A stretch of 64,000 nt of DNA, from NCBI GenBank assembly GCA_963790475.1, contig CAWBOS010000010.1:576001-640000 (forward strand), in the 5' to 3' direction. The notes beneath the pieces are model-generated. The model saw nothing but the letters and a program-made list of their open reading frames with translations, ran no database searches and had not been told where the DNA came from. The position numbers and the translations under genes were made by a program. This stretch comes from an uncultured delta proteobacterium. Its GTDB lineage: Bacteria; Desulfobacterota; RBG-13-43-22. Positions 60,443-64,000 of this stretch are shown here, piece by piece; positions within the stretch are counted from its first letter, which is position 1, and every line of letters begins with the position of its first letter.

Positions 60443-60923
60443 GGAGCACCTCCTTTTGGAATTCTTCAATCGCTTTCATGTCGTATAAGGCCTGGAAAAT
60501 TTCCAGTTGCAGTTTCAATTGACCTCGGATTTCGGCCATGGCCCTCAAAGCCAGTTCCCGGGGATCCTTGAATTTGTATTCAGTGACTTCCTCCTCAGTC
60601 CCCTTGACCTTCACCTTTCGGACCTGACTTTCAAGGATCTGAAGGGCCTCTTCATCTCCCCGGCTCCATCTCATCAGCAGGTCAAGGAGCTCGTTGGCAT
60701 GGTCATTGATCTTCTGAAGTTGCTCGACCGAGTTCAGGTTCTTGGTAACTACCCTATGAGCATTTTCCAGGGCCACGGACTTGACGACGTTGAGATTCAA
60801 TTCCTTCTTGACTTGGCTGATTGCCCCCTCAGTGACCTCAAAAACTTTAGCACAGGCCCGTTGTGATTTACCTTCCCGAAGCATTTGGGATAATTTGACT
60901 TTATCTATTTTTCCTAAAGACAT
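60345..60923 (-). CDS. HTH + coiled-coil protein (terminase-small-subunit-like)
   Basis: N-terminal GKSQRACAKVFEVTEGAISQ HTH followed by long helices; downstream of the replication genes. Confidence 0.55.
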   Translation of the reverse strand: MSLGKIDKVKLSQMLREGKSQRACAKVFEVTEGAISQVKKELNLNVVKSVALENAHRVVTKNLNSVEQLQKINDHANELLDLLMRWSRGDEEALQILESQVRKVKVKGTEEEVTEYKFKDPRELALRAMAEIRGQLKLQLEIFQALYDMKAIEEFQKEVLHAIGEADPETRERIICKLKNRRAIRSTLEFSG

Positions 60924-60954
60924 TAGCTAAAGCACTCCTAAAGTTGGTTAAGTT

Positions 60955-62709
60955 TTACTTCCTTGATTCAATCGGATCGAACCGGGACCATTCCCCATGA
61001 AAATAAAGAAGGGCCTCCCCTCCGGGATTATACCGGGAAGCCTCCACCCGGACTAAAGTTATCGACTCGTAGGCCTGATTATGTGGGGCCTGTTTGCCCT
61101 CGATGGTTTCCTTACTTCCGGCCACTCTTTGACGGTGCAGGATAAGTAAGTGGTCACAATCCGAAAAAATGGCCGATGAATCTTTAAGGTCCATAGCGGT
61201 CATTATGCTGTCCGCCTGAATCTTCCGGGGCTGGGCTATCAGGATAACGGGGATCTCCATTTCTTCAGCCAGAAACTTGAAGGCCTGGACCGCAAGGCCG
61301 ATCTCTTGGACCTGGTTGGAGATGGACCGGCAAAGGAAATGCAAATGGTCGAACACCAGGAGCTTTAAACCATACCGTTGAATGGCCTCTCTCAGTGTTT
61401 CGATGATCCTTTCCCTTTCCGGGGCCTGGTAGCAATAGCCAAGGTAGAGGGGTTTCCCTGAAAAGCTCCCCCTGACCCTGGTAAGTTCCTCGATCCCGAT
61501 GATTTCAGACTTAGCCGCACATTGGACAATCTTCTGGATCAGCTTCATGGGCCTCATTTCAAGGCAATAGAAGAGGGTGGGAATATCATTGAGGGAAGCA
61601 TGAGAGGCTATTTGCAAGGCAAGAGATGTTTTCCCCACTTTCGGGGGAGCACTCAATATAACCAGGTCCCCTGGTTGAAATCCAATCCGGATAAGCCTAT
61701 TGACGGAAGGCCAAGGGGTAAGGATCCCGGTTTGAAGCTCCGGTTTCTTAAGTTCTTCGCGGTATCGGTCAAAGGCTTTCTCGATAGACATTACTCCGGC
61801 CACATCAAAACGATCAGCCTGGTTGACCAAGGTTTGAAAGTCGAATATATCTTTACCGGCCTGGAAGAATTCGTTAATGTCCTGGCCCTCTGGTAAAGAG
61901 ACATTGAAACATCGGTTATAACCAAGTCTCCGGGCCACTTCCCGAGCTCCCTTCTGGCCTGGTTCGTCTGGGTCATAGCAAAGGAAAATCTTTTTGATGG
62001 GCTTTAACTGGTCAATCCATTCGGGATCAAAGGACCCGGCGCCGGTTGTAACCCCCACCACGTTCTTTATTCCCTGGTCCCATAGGGTAATGGAATCAAT
62101 TTCGCCTTCGGTAAGGTAAATCTCTTCCTGGCTTTCCAGGGCATCGGCATTGAAAAGGACACTCGGACAATTAGGAATTCTTCGGAAGGTCTTCTCTGCT
62201 GGGGGAAGGGACCTGGATTTGATGTTGAACAGTTCCCCTTTGACAAAGTGGGGGATGGTAATCCACCTTGAACCGTCTTTATCGAAGTGGAGGCCCAGCT
62301 TGAAATGCTTGACGGTCTCAATACAGAGGCCCCTGGCTTCCGTGACGTATCTCAAGACCTCCTGGTCTTCTAAAAGCCTTTTGTGGGCCTGGATTGCAAT
62401 TTTAGTATCTGGCCTATGGTTTACCTTGCCTTTACCCGGAAAGGCCGGATTAATCCCCGATTGGGCCTTCCTGGTGCCGTTTCCGTTCCCTGGTGATGGT
62501 TGACGAGAAAAGTCTCCAAGATGTTTTTGAAGGGTAATCAGGTTTCCCCGCTCCTGGCACTTGTGGCAAATAAAAGGGCCTTCTTCTCCGGGGTCTATAT
62601 AAAAATGGCCACCTTCATCACCACAAAGGGGACATCGCTTCAAAACAATCTGGCCGGCGGTTATCCGATAGTCAAGGCCTTTATCGCGGATGTAGTCAAG
62701 GGCAGTCAT
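60955..62709 (-). CDS. Bifunctional primase-helicase (T7 gp4/Twinkle-like)
   Basis: CPLC..CHKC Zn finger, TEGEID, YDPD..G TOPRIM, KVGKTS Walker A, FDHL, LKDSS.I..D.D. Confidence 0.9.
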   Translation of the reverse strand: MTALDYIRDKGLDYRITAGQIVLKRCPLCGDEGGHFYIDPGEEGPFICHKCQERGNLITLQKHLGDFSRQPSPGNGNGTRKAQSGINPAFPGKGKVNHRPDTKIAIQAHKRLLEDQEVLRYVTEARGLCIETVKHFKLGLHFDKDGSRWITIPHFVKGELFNIKSRSLPPAEKTFRRIPNCPSVLFNADALESQEEIYLTEGEIDSITLWDQGIKNVVGVTTGAGSFDPEWIDQLKPIKKIFLCYDPDEPGQKGAREVARRLGYNRCFNVSLPEGQDINEFFQAGKDIFDFQTLVNQADRFDVAGVMSIEKAFDRYREELKKPELQTGILTPWPSVNRLIRIGFQPGDLVILSAPPKVGKTSLALQIASHASLNDIPTLFYCLEMRPMKLIQKIVQCAAKSEIIGIEELTRVRGSFSGKPLYLGYCYQAPERERIIETLREAIQRYGLKLLVFDHLHFLCRSISNQVQEIGLAVQAFKFLAEEMEIPVILIAQPRKIQADSIMTAMDLKDSSAIFSDCDHLLILHRQRVAGSKETIEGKQAPHNQAYESITLVRVEASRYNPGGEALLYFHGEWSRFDPIESRK

Positions 62710-63503
62710 GAATTCGCTCCAAAAGTTGACTTTTCTTTATCATCCTGCTTTCGGTAATAGGCATCAAGAAGGGAACTCCCGGTTGATTTGGGCTCTGGAG
62801 TAGGAGAGGGGTCTGATTTCAGGTTCCGGATGATCCCGAGAAGGTACGGCTCTTTTTTTCCCTGGGTGTGATACCCCTTCTCAAGATAGGTCTTCATTCC
62901 GGTTAATATCTGGCCTTCTGAATATTTTTGGAAGTCCTGAAGGAGTTTAAGGATTACAGAGGGAGAGACCCGATTTGTTTTCCTGGTGGATGATATGGCT
63001 TTAATGGTGTTGGTGAATAATTCTTTCCCCTCATTAGAGGAAAAGAGTTTATCGGTCAGGAGAGAAATTTCAGAAGAAATTTCGTCAGGGGGTTTCTTCT
63101 TTACATTCTTATCATTCTTGTATGTGTTCTTTGGGTGTCCGTTGGGTGTCCGGTTGCCTGTCCACTCTCCTTGAAAAGTCTCCCAATTTAAGATAGTTAC
63201 AATGCTAAAATGGGTGTCCGGTTTTAGGGCTATCATCGCGAGTACGCATAAACACTGTATCTTTCGATACAAAGTGCTCGGGGAAAGGCTTAATTCTTTA
63301 CTTCCCTGATGTCTTCCAAAAAGGAATTCACCCGGTTTTAGGGAAACTGTCGTCATACCTCGGCCGGTTCTTATTAAAACGAATTGTTCTTTGTGGGAGG
63401 CCTTCAGGAGGCACCATATCCAGACCTTTAAAAGGACAGGATCATGGAAGGCCCGGCTATCAAGAAGCTGCCGGTATAATTTAATCCAACCCTCACCGCT
63501 CAT
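62706..63503 (-). CDS. Phage replication initiator-like protein
   Basis: GWIKLYR.LL, W.WCLLKA.H, L.PG.F..GR, IVTI.NW. Confidence 0.75.
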   Translation of the reverse strand: MSGEGWIKLYRQLLDSRAFHDPVLLKVWIWCLLKASHKEQFVLIRTGRGMTTVSLKPGEFLFGRHQGSKELSLSPSTLYRKIQCLCVLAMIALKPDTHFSIVTILNWETFQGEWTGNRTPNGHPKNTYKNDKNVKKKPPDEISSEISLLTDKLFSSNEGKELFTNTIKAISSTRKTNRVSPSVILKLLQDFQKYSEGQILTGMKTYLEKGYHTQGKKEPYLLGIIRNLKSDPSPTPEPKSTGSSLLDAYYRKQDDKEKSTFGANS

Positions 63504-63709
63504 AGTTGCCACCCGTGGGGGTCTTCAAACCTTGCCTGCATAAGGGAAGCAAGTTCCTGGTCAATTGCTCCGGGATCTTTGGGCAGGATTACCTTTCCAT
63601 CCGGCCCGGCCAGTTCGCAAAGCAGAAGAAAAAGATTCGCGGACAAGGGATCTTTTTTAAAGATCCTCTGGTACTTCTTCCGGAACTTTTTGTTAAAATT
63701 AAAGGCCAT
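63500..63709 (-). CDS. Hypothetical protein
   Basis: 69 aa; start and stop overlap both neighbours. Confidence 0.6.
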   Translation of the reverse strand: MAFNFNKKFRKKYQRIFKKDPLSANLFLLLCELAGPDGKVILPKDPGAIDQELASLMQARFEDPHGWQL

Positions 63710-63918
63710 CAGGGTTCCAAAAGGATCAAAACAGCATCCAATTTTCTTGACAGGATCGGGTTGAAATCCTTTTCCATTTTCCCCTCAAGTCGCCCCTTCT
63801 CTTTCAACAGGACCAATTTCAATTTTAAGTCCTCTTTATCCTGGCGAAAGAGCTTAATGGCCTGGCTTTTCAGAAGGACTTTACGTTTCAAAATCTTCTC
63901 TTCAGGAGACATGGCCAC
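63709..63918 (-). CDS. Hypothetical basic protein
   Basis: 69 aa; GAGG RBS; stop overlaps the next start. Confidence 0.55.
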   Translation of the reverse strand: MAMSPEEKILKRKVLLKSQAIKLFRQDKEDLKLKLVLLKEKGRLEGKMEKDFNPILSRKLDAVLILLEP

Positions 63919-64000
63919 CTCATGAATCCTGACAAGACTGGATCCACTTCATTACATCGGCCTCAACAAATCGGACATACTTCCCGAGCCTTATCCTCGG

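Larger units (their letters stand above)
56638..64000 (-). mobile_element. Integrated phage-satellite/prophage-like element at tRNA-Val (extends beyond window)
   Basis: Tyrosine integrase abutting the tRNA 3' end, RHH regulator, primase-helicase, replication initiator; no structural genes seen. Confidence 0.8.

Overview
Chromosomal segment of an anaerobic Desulfobacterota/Deltaproteobacteria-like bacterium (inferred from gene content and repeat families). In order: (1) an anaerobic cobalamin operon, cbiMNQO-cbiD-E-L-F-G-H-J plus cbiB, interrupted by an IS1380; (2) a patch of toxin-antitoxin (TA) genes and remnants, nagZ, an orphan PAS histidine kinase, rluA and rpsU; (3) a roughly 1370-aa GltD/NfnB-like::formate dehydrogenase fusion with a selenocysteine TGA and SECIS, carrying two +1 frameshifts; (4) mnmG, ihfA, rlpA and era; (5) about 23 kb of accessory DNA between era and rnc, holding IS200, TA pairs, a decayed SNF2 helicase-DUF1156-DUF499 defence locus with a cassette hotspot, an AAA-DUF4143 gene, a sigma54-type HTH/ExeA/TPR operon, an acyl-CoA dehydrogenase pair and a nested IS1634-in-IS1182; (6) rnc, rplM-rpsI, truA, mutL, miaA and a pgsA-like gene; (7) tRNA-Val(GAC) followed by an integrated phage-satellite-like element that runs off the window end. 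The best novelty candidates are a promoter-structured RNA-terminator unit in front of a NYN RNase gene, the cassette hotspot bounded by a duplicated helicase 3' end, one REP-like palindrome carried inside several different MITE shells, and an overprinted ORF in the satellite that has a free-standing paralog. Family calls come from motif recognition by eye, not database searches. Several frameshifts may be sequencing errors.
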